Shown here: positions 48,922-61,649 of the stretch, one piece after another | Numbering within the stretch: position 1 is the stretch's first letter | How the letters are laid out: each line of letters starts with the position of its first letter | Assembly (NCBI GenBank): GCA_035221665.1 | Contig: CM069148.1 | Location: 28,768,001 to 28,832,000, forward strand | Length of the DNA stretch: 64,000 nt | Source of the DNA: Okamejei kenojei | Taxonomy: Eukaryota | Direction: 5' to 3' | Made by a program: the position numbers and the translations under genes | The notes under the pieces: model-generated | Told to the model about the DNA's origin: nothing | Databases searched by the model: none | The model's input: only the letters and a program-made list of their open reading frames with translations

Positions 48922-50314
48922 TGATGTTTCAGCTCGGGACCCTTCATCAGATTTCTTAAGAATTCAGAATTATTTAGTCTGTTGAAGCATCACAAAGCCC
49001 TTCATGTGATCTCACTGAAGTTTTATACTTGTATTAAGGATGTATTCAACACAGCTTGACGTGTGTGAGAAATGAACCCAATCAGGTTATTTTGTGATCA
49101 TTTCTGGGCCTCTTAAAATCCTGTGGGAAATTTGACCCCAGACTTTCTGCAACGGATTTTGTTACCAAAAATAATATTGTTTGACCATTAAACTCCTGTC
49201 AGTCGAGTGAACAAGAGAGGAATTCAAATATTAACATCCAGTATGATTTTCAAACTCAATGGCCTAATGAAAATCATCAGTTCTTGTTTATTGACAGTAC
49301 AACCAGCTTTGACCAACCTTTCCACTGCTGAAACACTCCTGTTTAAAGAACCAAAATTCCACATGCACAACCCGTCAGGGTGATCAGTGGGCTCCTTGCT
49401 CATACTTGACATGGAGCTGTGGACGGCAATAATTCACACAGAATCCGGAGTTCACTTTGAGAACAAACGCTCTTTATTAGACGTTGGCCAACTTGGGGGA
49501 CATTTATCCTTGGGCAGATGTTCATCCAAAGGTGACATTATTCATGTAGTATTTTTTATTTACCTTCCCCAACCCCGTTACCTATGTCCCATTTGCATTG
49601 TGAGAACATAGGATGAGGTAAGTTATTTTTGCCACTCTATGCTCTATCACACTGTGCTACATAAGTCGCATGCGGTTCCACTTTAAACGTGTATGTATAA
49701 TGATCAGTTCCCATCTTGGAGAACATGTACTAGTTGCTGTGCAGTATCCAGGCAGAGTTTCACTCTAGATCAAAGACACAATGTGGGTCAGGCGGCATCT
49801 CTGCAGAACATAGATAGGTGAATTTTTAGGTCGGGTGCCTTCATCAGACCGTTTTGTTCACTTGAAGCTCGGAGAGGGGAGCTGAGGGGGATACTGTCTA
49901 TTTACGACCAGCTTTCCAACTAGCCCTATCAGCCAGCGTCATGAAGTCCCACTGTCTTCCTTTACAGGAACTTTCCTTGTTCCCTCAAAGATCTGTCCTC
50001 AGTGGGCTGACTTTCTGTTTGGATCACGGCACACTCATCACTTGCTCACTGGATGGTGTGGAGGTGAACTTGGGTTCAGAAGTATTACAGGCAACCAGGG
50101 AACCATGTGAGAACTGACCTTGCCATCCATGACCTTATCCATGCAAAGTTTAGAAGGACCCATGCTGATGGCTTCAGTTCTCTCAATTTGCTTCAAATAA
50201 ATTGTCTTATTTAAGTGCCTGAACTGCTAGATGAAGGTCTAGATTGCTCTCTCTATTCTATCATTTGGAATGTTCCAGCAGAGTGATCTCGGCCTAGTTA
50301 GTTTTGCGAAGCAG

Positions 50315-50552
50315 TCTGGAAACAGGCTCTTCGGCCCACTGAGCCCATGCTGACCCCTTCACACTAGTTCCATGTTATCCCACTTTCACATCTACTTCCC
50401 ACGCACTCTGGGGCAATTTACAGAGGGCCAGTAAACCTATAAACCCGCACGCCTTTGGGATGTGGGAGGATATCGGTGAACCCAGAGGAAATCTATGCGG
50501 TCACAGGGAGAACGTGCAAACTCCCCACTGGCTTCGCTGCGGCTCTACCAAT
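50315..50552 (-). mobile_element. HE1-type V-SINE (partial)
   Basis: GGTCACAGGGAGAACGTGCAAACTCC is the reverse-complement V-domain. Confidence 0.8.
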
Positions 50553-51033
50553 GAGATTGCCCAAGATCTGTACGTGCGGAGACAGTTTGTGTCTATTTTG
50601 GACCAGAGCAGCTGATAGAGTCCCAGGGAAGCAGCCATTCATCCTGCACACGCATGCAGAATTTTTCCTTCTCAAGATTTTGCTGCCAAAAGCTCTGCTC
50701 ATTGCTCTGGTGCATCCACATCGACCTATTACATAAAGAAAATGGCCCCTGTGGGCACCGACCTCCACATGGCAGTCCAGGCTAGTCTGGGCCTTGCATA
50801 GATTCTGCTACTCCATTTCTCAATACTGCTGCATTCATTTATGAAGCAATGTGTTGGAGTGTTGTCCAAAAAGATGCCAGGTTTACCTTCTGCGAGGGTT
50901 GGAATGCAAATTTTAAATGAGCCATAACAGGAATCTGTTGGGGCAGGTGAAGTAGGTTCATATTTTTAATATAAGGAGAAGACTCCAAGTGGTTGTTGCA
51001 ACTTAATTCAGGTATGTCCATCTATTCTTATTC

Positions 51034-51745
51034 TGAAGATAGACACAAAGTGTGGGAGTAACTTAGTGGGGTCAGGCAACATCTCTGGAGAAAAAGGATG
51101 GATGGTGTTTCCGGTCAGACTGAAAATAAGGAGGGGGAGTTGGGGGGGGGGGGCGGGAGGTGAAAGGCTGGAGACAAGAAAAGACCGGGACCATTCAGGT
51201 CCAGCCACAAATGACCTCAGGCAGGACATTTCCTTGGAGGTCCATTGTTGACTAGAGGAGGTGTGGTCTTAAGAGAAACAATGTGGAGAACTGTGGAAAT
51301 GGTAAAACGACGAGGGAGGAGGAATGGGGCAAGGAGGCGGAGGGGAGGGGATGAAGTTACTGGAAATTAGAGAATTCAATGTTTATACCACTGGGTGGTA
51401 AGCTACCCAAGCAAAATATGTGGTGCCGTTCCTTCAATTTGCATGTAGCTTCACCCTGGCAAATACAGTAGGCCCAGGACAGAAAGGTCATTATGGAAAT
51501 GGGAAGGGGAGTTGAAATGATTGGCAACCGGGAGATAACATAGGCTCAGGCGGACCGAGCCTAAGTGTTCAGCAAAACGCCGCTGAATCTACGTTTGGTC
51601 TCACCCATGTACGGGACCCCCACATCAGGAACACTGGATGCAGTAGATGAGGTTAGAGGAGGTACAGATGAACCTCCGTCTAACCTGAAAGGACTGTTGG
51701 GGTCCCTGGATGGAGTGAGTGAGGAGGTATAAAGACAGGTGTTGG
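51034..51745 (-). mobile_element. Penelope-like element, GIY-YIG C-terminal region + pLTR (decayed)
   Basis: 51355-51745 is a diverged reverse complement of 61650-62011. Confidence 0.85.
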
Positions 51746-51936
51746 CTTTATTCTGAATTTTATGCGATACGATACGATAGAATATTTATCCCAGGAGGGA
51801 AATTGATCTGCCAACAGTCATAAAAACACAAAATACATGAAACATGAAATTAGTGCACAGGCACTGTTTTTGCATTTCTGTATTCCTATCACATTTTCCA
51901 GGTTCCTTCACACAAGACTAAATAAATCTCACATTA

Positions 51937-52136
51937 CAGGCACCTCGTGATGTACACATGTTTGATTGATGCGTTTTTGGAATAACGCACTTGTTTAATT
52001 AATACCAAAACTTAATTTATGTGCTCATATTATTGAAATAGCGCGTTCAAATTAATGCCTGACATACACTTGATTTACATGCTTTTGAGATACGCGTTGC
52101 TTTTCAAGAACTCCCCTATAAAATGTGAGTCGCCTG
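51937..52136. mobile_element. Tc1/mariner (Tigger-like) MITE, degenerate
   Basis: TA|CAGGCACCTC...GAGTCGCCTG|TA, i.e. short imperfect TIRs with a TA TSD. Confidence 0.45.
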
Positions 52137-52695
52137 TAAGTGGAAGATATGTTACATCACATTGTCTGAATCACCGATCTTACACAAATCTGTAAAGGAA
52201 ATTCAGGCGGCAGACATTTCCTGCAACAATAAAGGGCATGGGATATACTTATCGTTACAAATAACCTCTGAGGTCAAGGAAGATATCAATAGTATATTAT
52301 AGTATAATATAGTATAATAGCATAACAGCCACTGCTGTCATCTAAATTGTGATAAAGTCAATCTAAAAGTGTTAAAATTCTGTATGTGAAATGTTAAATG
52401 AACCAGATGGTTGAAGTTATGCAATTGGGGTGGGCGAAGAAGCTAATTTAAGCCAGTGTAGGGTGTTTTGTTTGAGCGTTTTTCAGCTATATAAAAAAAG
52501 CCCTAAAGACATCACAAATGAGAGAGGCATGAATGTGTCCCAGCCACTCTGGTCTGCCACGTGTGTTTGTGTGCACCAGACCTACCTTATCTGAAATATA
52601 TAAGTACAAAGAGAAGAAATTCAGAATAGTTGTCCCACTGCTGAAAAGACATGTTACTGCTTTTGTGGGGGTTTGATTGAAGTTGTTAATAGTAA

Positions 52696-52915
52696 AGGGC
52701 CTGGCTCTCTTGGGCGTAATTTGCGCGTCTCGCAGGCAGCGAGCGAAGATTTTGTGAATCCCAAAATCCTGGGGCGCCGTGCGTGACAGCGTGTCACTGC
52801 CTACGCCACCATGCCTCAGCACGCGCCATGCACATGTAATGCACGTCATGCGTCGTGGCGCGTAAATGATGTCACGTAAATGACGCGCAAATGACACACA
52901 AGTGGGACAGACCCT
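52696..52915. mobile_element. PIF/Harbinger-type MITE (220 bp)
   Basis: ~34-bp imperfect TIRs (AGGGCCTGGCTCTCTTGGGCGTAATTTGCGCGTC / reverse complement AGGGTCTGTCCCACTTGTGTGTCATTTGCGCGTC); TAA TSD at 52693-52695 and 52916-52918; empty site present in the paralogous copy at ~58660. Confidence 0.88.
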
Positions 52916-52939
52916 TAAGGCACAGGTTTCACATAATTT

Positions 52940-53715
52940 GGTCAGCATGGTGGCGCAGCGGTAGAATTGCTGCCTTACAATGACTTTGAAGCGGCTTTTA
53001 GGTAGGCACATGGAAGTGCAGGGAATAGAGGGATATGGATCGTGTGCAGGTAGTTGAGGTTAGTTTAACGGCATCATGTTCAGCATGGATATTGTGGGCC
53101 GAGGGCCTGTTCCTGTACCTGACAGTGGGTGCTGTCTGGATGGGTTTGTACATTCTCCCTGTGACTGAGTGGGTTTTCCGGTTTCCTTCCACACTTCAAA
53201 GACGTATAGGTTTGTAGGTTAATTGGCTTCTGTAAATTGAAAATCGTCCCTGGTGTGTAGGATGTTGCTGGTGAATGGGATGATCGCTGGTGGGCGCGGG
53301 CTCAAGGGCCTGTTTCCACGCTGTATCTCTAAAGTAAAGTCTGAAGTTTTTATGCCTTATGTGATTCTTAGACAGAGGAAATTATGTCAACCATATGGCT
53401 TGGTAAAGGACAAGTCAGTAGGGGACAGTAGAGGGTGAATCCTGAATAGCACTAACTGCCATCTTCAGATAAAATAGTCTCCGGAAAGTAGCCTAGCATT
53501 CAGTGCCAGAGACCAGGGTTCGATCCTGACTACGGACGCTGTCTGTATGGAGACTCTTAAGACGCCCAGGTTTGTAGGTTAATTGGCTTGGTAAAAATGT
53601 AAATTGGCCCTAGTGTGTGTAGGATAGTTTTAGTGTACGTGGATCGCTGGTCAGCGTGGACTTGGTGGGCCGAAGGGCACCGTTTCTGCACCGTATTGCT
53701 AAACTAAATTAAACA
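52940..53715 (+). mobile_element. Cluster of HE1 V-SINEs with a nested CR1 tail
   Basis: SINE head at 52940-52980, CR1 tail at ~52995-53115, SINE body to ~53340, second SINE at ~53495-53715. Confidence 0.8.
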
Positions 53716-53987
53716 AACAAATTACAGAGAAAATGATGTTGTCATTCAGGCCGTCTTTGTGTTTCTTGTGACGATAAAACTGTTGCACAAGAATGATGAT
53801 TAAATGCAGATTTCACAATCAGATATGGAATCTTGAAGTTTAGAAAGGTTGGAGGTTGTAAGAGTTTATCATTTTATGTTTAAAGAGACAATTGAACATT
53901 CTTACCTTTTTAATACTGTACAGTTTGGAAATAACCAAATCTTCTCCTCAATCTGTATAAATGCACCCAAAGCTATCATTAGTTTGC

Positions 53988-54231
53988 TGTGTAGGAAGGG
54001 ACTGCAGATGCTGGTTTATACCAAAGATAGACATAAAATGATGGAGTAACTCAGCAGGACAGGTAGCATCTATGGGGAACATGGATAGGTGACGCTGAGT
54101 CTGAAGAAGGGTTCCGACCCGAAACGTTACCCATTCCTACGCTCCAGAGATGCTGCCTGTCCTGCTGAGTTACTCCAGCACTTTGTGTCTATCTTCGGTG
54201 TAAACCAGCATCTGCATTTCCTTCCTACACA
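53988..54231. mobile_element. Penelope-derived fold-back element with a hammerhead core in its loop
   Basis: ~105-bp inverted arms TGTGTAGGAAGG...GGTGACG / CGTTACCC...CCTTCCTACACA enclose CTGAAGAAGGGTTCCGACCCGAAA (54101-54124). Confidence 0.85.
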
Positions 54232-56294
54232 TCCCACTGACTGGACTGATTCTATGAATTCAATTCAATGACATTTTACTTTCACGTACCTAGGTACAGT
54301 GAAATTCTTTGTTTTGCATACCATAGATAGGCAAAATCATAGACAAGTACAAAAGAGCAACAATAGTAGTGTAAGAATAGGAGACTTCACGGAGGCAGTA
54401 CACAAAGTGTCGCCACGTTTCTGGACCTAACTTGTGCCCTTTGAGTTTCAAAGTTCTTTAGAGTTCAGAGTCTTATCTTGGCCTTAAAGGCCCATTGGCC
54501 TGGCAGCGATCTGATTATTTACACAGAATGATATCCGAAAGTGTTTGTATTATATCCATTCTCTCGTCAAGACCATCGATCACCCCTTCACAACTCGTCC
54601 CATGTTATCCTGCTCTCACACCCTTTTTTCTAATTTTCTATTTAAAGTGACCACATTCAGCATGTGAAGCATGCCTCGTTCTTAAATGAAGCAGCAACAA
54701 CTTAAAATCAGAATTGGCTGATGATTAATCAGAATTGTAAAGTTGACTGTAAATCTCCCGATGTACTTTGCCTCGCAAGCAACAATTATCTGCTAACTGT
54801 ATAAAGTATTTGATATTCTTCTCTCCTCTACATATTTTAAAATGAAGGCATGACCTAACACAAATGTTTATTTGTCATTCATGCTAAAAAGCACATATTG
54901 TCCATGGCCCAACTACTTCACTTTACTATTAAGACAATTTTATATGCCAATTACTGGCACAACCTTGCTTAAACATTGATTCTAAACTTCTATGACACAC
55001 AAATGTAAAAGTCCTGCTTTATTAACTGCAATGTTTCATTCTTTCCATGTGGTATAGTTTATCATTTATTATCTGTTGTCCCCAACATCAATTTCTGAGA
55101 ATAAAATATGGATTAATGTAAGATTATTGTAAATGGATGATTAATGGCCAGCTCAGACTTGATAGGCTAAAATGCCCGTATCCATGTTTAACGATTCCAC
55201 TTTGTAAGATGCAGGATTAAAATAATTCCAGCATCATCTGCCACTACTTATTGAAGGCTGGTAACATTAAGAATAAAACGTTGTAATTGGCCAGATGTTC
55301 AAAGTAGGATTTTGAAGTTAGCGAGTTTTAAATCAGACATTTGTCAGAAATGCCATTGAATTATCTGGTGCTTTCATTAGCTGTGTTTTTGCTGTACTTG
55401 GCTTGAGAAGGTGTGGCGTTAATCATAACCATTTACCATTAATGATGCAAATTCTTCCATGGTTGTTTACCAAAGTGCAGACGGCTACAGGTAAGTTGGA
55501 ATGTGGCTTATTATTTACTCTTGGAGAGTCCCAAAGACCAGACATCCCAAATCTGACACTAGTAAAGCACAAAAGCAATTTTTAAAACTAGGAAATATAC
55601 CAGGAATACATGGATAGGACAGGTTTAGAAGGATATGGGCCAAATGCGGGCAGGTGGGACACTCGTGTAGATGGGACATGTTGGTCAGTGTGGGCTAATT
55701 GCGCCAAAGGGCCTGTTTTCACGCTGCTTTGCGCGCAAATGATGTCACGTAAGCATGAACAAATGCAATTTTAAAAAGTGGCCTAACATTCCAAATAATG
55801 GTGTGGGTTAGAAGGCTGAAGGGTTGGGGGTAAACAATTAAGTATATGTGATGTTCTGAATTGTGATGTGTAATTATCCCTCAAGATTATTATCAATGGT
55901 TGAAATCCTAATTCTATCATTACTAGTTGGAGATTATGGATGTAGCTTACTCATGTGCACAATGTTAAATAAATCTTCCATCAGTCTGTGTCCCATCTTC
56001 CTTCCTGGTCTTTAAATTTCCCAAAACAATACAACAGCTCTCACTATTTATTTGTCTTAAATGCTTTGATTTAATTAGTATTAAACGCTTAACATATAAA
56101 AATGAATGTTTAGTTCTATGAATTACATGGACCATTTGAGAAATTTGAGCTGTCCCAGCATAGAATCTTTTGCAGCTGTCAAAGACAAGTTAGGTAATGA
56201 GATCCAACCTCCTTTACTAATGGAGCAGGCCAAAATATCACCCTAGCTCTCCGAGGTTCATTGTCAGATTGTTAACTACTGTCTCCGTTTGCAG

Positions 56295-56430
56295 GTTGCC
56301 CACTGGAAATAAGCCAGTGAACACCACTCCTGTGCAAGGGCAGGTTTCTCAGGATGATTTGGACAGAAGAACAGAACCTCGCTCCTCAGTCTCAGACTTG
56401 GTTAACTCCCTTACAAGTGAGATGCTAATG
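56295..56430 (+). CDS. SYT7: Synaptotagmin-7 constitutive linker exon preceding the C2A exons
   Basis: TTTGCAG acceptor; ATG|GTGAGT donor. Length 136 nt, phase 2/0. Translates [45 protein letters not shown], versus recalled human [45 protein letters not shown]. Confidence 0.97.
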
Positions 56431-56574
56431 GTGAGTGGCCTACACGTATATAAACTTGATTTTTATTAGATATAAATTGCATGGTGCAAGGTTATTGCAC
56501 GACTAAGATGCAACAAGTACCAGAATTTGGTTTGTCATATATATTTAATCTTTGTCATGTTAAAAAAAAATTAC

Positions 56575-56995
56575 ATACACAGCATAAGCTATCTACAGCA
56601 TTACACAGTATCTGCAGTATCTACAGTATTATACCGTATCTGCAGTATATACAGTCTTATACGGTATCTGCAATATATACAGTATTATACTGTATCTGCA
56701 CTATCCACAGTATTATACAGTATCTAATTATACAGTATCTGCAGTATATACAGTCTTACACAGTATCTGCAGTATCTAAAGTATTATACAGTATCTACAA
56801 TATTTTACACTATTATACATTATCTGCAGTATATACACAGTATCTGCAGTATCTAAAGTATTATACAGCATCAACAATATTGCAGTATCTGCAGTATTTT
56901 ACACTATCTACAGTTTTGTACAGTATCTACAGTATTTTACATTACAGCATTATACAGTATCTGCAGTATTTTACACTATCTACAGTATTTTTACA
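56575..56995. repeat. Degenerate tandem repeat of 9-10-nt units (CAGTATCTG / CAGTATTATA)
   Basis: Directly visible; starts ~145 nt after the constitutive exon. Confidence 0.9.
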
Positions 56996-58696
56996 GGCTG
57001 CATTTTCTGTGATAACCATTCCTGTAGTCACAACACTTCGCAAGTTACGTGTATTCTGATTTGCCTTGACCAAAACTATAATGAAGTTATCAATACTGGG
57101 TATATAATATTTTTTTCTATCTGATCTCGAAACATTATTCAGCACATTAGTTGTAGACCTTTTGATTAGTTATGGTCACCAGTTGATTTTTCCAGTCTCT
57201 CTTTTCCACAAACAGCAATCCCTTTTGTGTACTTTTGTGTTCCACAGAGAAAGGAAAACTCATTTATACTTTGATATTTCCCCAGGATTTCTGGAGCTTT
57301 CTTGGAGAATCAGGTCTGCTTCCAGAGTTAGTGATGGCATCTGCAAAGGATGGGAGGGCATTGGTGAACTCCTACCAGTCATAGGTATCCAGATTTGGGG
57401 ACATCAAAGTTGTTAGGTTTAGAGGTTTAAGGGAACTCTTCAGTGAACTTAAGGACAGTCCCAGTGTAAGTTTATCAGTTTCATTTGACTAACATAAGTT
57501 CTGCACAGGCTTTAGAAGTTCTCTCAAGGTGAGTAATTGGGAAAGCAGATGCCGGTTTTTGATGCTTCTAACCGTAGAACATAGACAATAGAACAGTACA
57601 GCACAGGAACTGGCCAGAAGATAGACCCAGAGTGCCTGAGTAATTCAGCAGGTCAGGCAGTATCTCTGGAGAAAAAGGAACAGGCCCTTTGGTCCACAAT
57701 GTCCTGTCAAATAAACTTGAACTAAGCAGAAGGTGAAACACTTTGAGCTGAGGGGAGGGAATAGGAAAAAGCAAAGTCCACTTTGTCCACTGTCACAGGA
57801 ATTCAGTGTCTGTACATCAAGTTTTCTTTGGTCTTTTACGTAGTTGAGTATCTTTGAGAACTTGTGATATTCGGTGAGGGGGTTTAGGAGGTTGGATTGG
57901 GATCTGGTTGTGGTGATGAAGGATTAGTGATGCTACTAAATGATAATTTGAGAATTTGAAGTATTTAATTGAAAATTAGATTTTGTGTGAGCCTAACTAT
58001 ATTCTGCTAGTAACATTAACAAAGAAAAGCTGAAATTAATTTTTATAGGAAGAATAATGCATCAAATTCCATTCTTAAAATTAGGTGAGTACATTTTTAG
58101 CAAATAAAACCAAAATAATTGGACTATTTTTATTCTTAAATTAATCCTAACTATTACCTTAATTATGCTAACCTATGCTAATTCTATCAGTCTCACATCA
58201 CGTATATGTCACATTTCATTTCCAAAAACTAAAAGAATTAACCTTTCATTTTATTAGACTAGGATCAGTTATGTTTGCTTTCAGTTTTGATAATCTGCTT
58301 TGCCTTTTGCACTGTGGTGCAGCAGTAGAGTTGCTGCGTGCTAATCTGTAAGTGAAATGTTAAATAAACCAGCAGGTTGGAGCTGGTTTATTTAACATGT
58401 AGGGTGTTTTGTTTGAGAGCTTTTCAGCTAGACCCCCCCCCCCCCCCCCCCCCCCGTTCAGCTAGAACCCCCCCCCCCCCCCCCCCCCCCCGTTGAATAG
58501 GAGAGGCATGAATGTGAGTCACAGCCATTGCTACGTGTGCACCAGACCTACCTTATCTGAAATACATAAGTACAAAGAGAAGACATTCAGAATAGATGTC
58601 CCAGTGCTGAAGAGAAGTGTTTACTGCATTTGAGGGGGTTCGATTGAAGTTGTTAATAGTAATGCACAGGTTTCTGTCAGTAGTTTCATATAATTT

Positions 58697-58935
58697 GGGC
58701 GGCACGGAGACCCGGGTTAGATCGTGTGTATGGGTGCTGCCTGTGTGGAGTTTGTACATTCTCCCTGTGACCTTGTGGGTTTCGTCAGGGTTCTCCGATT
58801 TCCTCCCGCACTTCAAAACGTGGGGGTTTGCAGGTTAATTGCCTTCTGTAAATTTTCCCTAGTGCGTAGGATAGAACGGGTGATCACTGATGGGCGCAGA
58901 CTCAGTGGGGCTTCTATTCTGTATCTCTAAAACTT
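58697..58935 (+). mobile_element. HE1-type V-SINE (head appears displaced to ~58308-58337)
   Basis: V-domain TGTGTGGAGTTTGTACATTCTCCCTGTGACC and tail CTGTATCTCTAAA. Confidence 0.8.
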
Positions 58936-59384
58936 TACTCTAAATTATGTTAATTGGAACGACCTAATTCTTTTGCTTTTACCTATTTTTGAAAACTGTA
59001 TAAATCGCTATTACTCTAAAGAGAACAGATGTATTGCTGGTTACGTTACTGAACTAGCATTCAAGAAACCTGGATTATTTAACCTAAAACATCACTTCAA
59101 ATCCATGTGCAACAGAGGAACTTAAATTTGATTCATTATATAAATTATTATTAAATTGCACCAAATACAAGTAGTTACATGAAGCTAGATGCAGATTGTC
59201 TTCTGCACTGGAATGGTTACTGAATTTAGCTGGTTCTCAACCCTGGGAAATTTTAGGTTGGGGATAAACTTGAATGTATTTAAAGTAAACCAGACCATAA
59301 TCGTGCAAAAAGCAAAGTACTTAGAAATGATCACAGTAGTGCAAAGTCCACGATAGCTCGTGTTGAGGTACACTTGTGCAGCGT

Positions 59385-59680
59385 TATTCAAGAACTTGCT
59401 GGTCGATGGAAAGATGCTGCTTCTGAACCTGGAGGTAACAGTTCACAGGCTCCAGTATCTACCTCGCGAGGGAAGCAACAAGAAGAGAGTGTGGCCATGA
59501 TAAGATGATAATATGATGATATTAGCTGCCATTTTGAGCTTATGCTTCTTGTGGATCCATTCGATGGAGGGGCATTCAGTACCCGTGATGGACCAGGCAA
59601 CGTCCACCACTTTCTGCCGCCTTCTGCATTCTTGACCATTCAGACATCCAAACCAGGCCATGATGCAGCAGTCAGTATGC
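59385..59680 (-). mobile_element. Rex1/Babar-like LINE ORF C-terminal fragment
   Basis: ORF 59443-59742 (CIMAWFG...QKVVDVAWSITG...HGHTLFLLLPSRGRYWSL) resembles the Rex1 'HPxHxLFxLLPSGRRYRS' motif. Confidence 0.8.
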
Positions 59681-60629
59681 TTCAACCATGAATGCCCATC
59701 AAACGAGGCCATAGGGGTAAGAGACAAAAACCGGGTTGCCACTTTGCTGGCGGTCTAATACAGACCACTCGAAACTCAAAAGGTGATGGAAGAACAGATA
59801 TGGAGGTGAATAGCAGAAAGATGTACAGTAAACCCTTGCAATAATGGACCTCTACATAGTGGATTTTAATTATAGCAAATCAAGGTTCCCGTTGCACCCC
59901 GGCCTGTGAATTCCCACTTATTTCAGAGATAAATGACCATAACATTATTTATTTTAAAACAATTACTGGAACACAGGATTAAAATGGATGGGTACCCACT
60001 GATCAGTATGGACATGATGGGCTGAATGGCCTGTTTCTCTGCTGTATAATGCTTTGACCATAGAGTAGGGAATGGGAATAAGCAGAGTTTCGTTGTCTAT
60101 TGGCACGATATTTCAAAAAGTACTTGTCCACATGGTGAAACATTCTGATTCTATAGTAATGTATTCATGGCTGACAAACCCTCTCCAAATACCAAGTGTT
60201 TTGCAGCTAGTGTAATGTTTTTTATAATTTGTGGTCATTTGTAGTATAGAAAATCAATGTTTATTCAATTTACGCATGGCACGTAAAGGGAGTGAGATAA
60301 TGGCCAGATAATGTGATATAAATGTTAATTGAGGATTGAATGGTAGAAAAGAAAACTCACCTATTGTTCTTTGAACCAATGCCAATGTTTTTACTTGGTT
60401 TCTTGTAGCAGTTTGGAAATTGCAGCTACTCTCATCATTGGCTTCTGTGGATGACAACTATTTTGATCAGAGCAATGGCTCTTATCCTTTTGTAGATGGT
60501 CCACTAATTCTAAATGTTAACAAGTATGCAAGGAAATCCATTTAGACAATGAATGTTGATGTGAACAATTAAATGTATTGTGCAGTAAAATTATAATGTA
60601 CCAGATAATCAAGAGCTTGTGAACTTGAT

Positions 60630-60750
60630 GTTTAAGAAGGAACTGCAGATGCTGGAATGTCGAAGGTAGACGAAAATGCTGGAGAAACTTAGCGGGTGAG
60701 GCAGCGTCTATGGAGCGAAGGAAATAGGCAACGTTTCGGGTCGAAACCTA
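60630..60750 (-). mobile_element. Penelope pLTR copy inverted relative to 62105-62200
   Basis: TATGGAGCGAAGGAAATAGGCAACGTTTCGGGTCGA is the reverse complement of 62125-62160. Confidence 0.8.
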
Positions 60751-61329
60751 GTTGTTCCATTTAATTTATCAACCTCATGACAAGAAGATTGTTTCAATGT
60801 CAGTTTCTCAATGGAATATATTTCTTGGAATACATTGTCTTGCCTGCCTGGGTTATCTTATTTCTGTTGTCAAGCTGCTGTATTATTATAAGACTCTTTC
60901 ATCAAATACCCATACACATAGTTTTCCTGTTCTTATATCCGTGGATCTAGTAAATTATTACGCTTCACTCTATTCTATAATTTCAAAGAGCTGCAAATCC
61001 AAGTATAGATACATACTCAATTTAATATCCAAATGAAGTCAATGAAGAAGCTTGACGTTTTCAGGAGATGTTATGGCTGATAACAGATCCCAGCATATAT
61101 AATGGATATCACTATTACCTATTATTTTGCTCCATTTAACTCGTTTTCCATGATGGCAGACTGAATTAATTTGTGTCGGTGCAACGCTCAGTGGTAAAAG
61201 AGAATTTTGTTCAATATGTTTCAAGACTCCAAGGCTGATTGTTTTCACTGTCTCATATCTAGTGTTCACCACCTCCCAGAGATTACAAATAATCAAATTA
61301 GCTTCTGAGAAGTATTGTAGGCTTTATTG

Positions 61330-61567
61330 CACAAGTTCGTCACCTTCCACGCTACCAGCCGTCACATACAACAAATAATCCTCCGACATTTTTGCCAACT
61401 CCAACGGGATCCCACCACTGGCCACATCTTCCCATCTCCTCCCGTCTGCTTTCCGCAGAGACCGCTCCCTCTGTAACTCCCTGGTCAATTTGTCCCTTCC
61501 CACCCAAACCACCCCCTCTCCTGGCACTTTCCCTTGCAACCGCAGGAAATACTACACTTGTCATTTT

Positions 61568-61649
<82 letters not shown>

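Larger units (their letters stand above)
52380..58707 (+). repeat. Local direct duplication: 52380-52950 and 58346-58707
   Basis: Shared unique sequence, e.g. GTGTGCACCAGACCTACCTTATCTGAAATA.ATAAGTACAAAGAGAAGA.ATTCAGAATAG.TGTCCCA. Confidence 0.92.

Noticed and set aside
49880-50180. Possible Tx1/L1 ORF2 remnant on the minus strand
   Set aside because: The resemblance is too faint to support without a search.
56481-57059. 192-aa Tyr/Gln-rich ORF
   Set aside because: Translation of the tandem repeat; no homology or splice support.
58420-58495. Twice-repeated TTCAGCTAGA + poly-C
   Set aside because: Looks like homopolymer slippage or an assembly artefact; the paralogue at ~52480-52520 has ordinary sequence.
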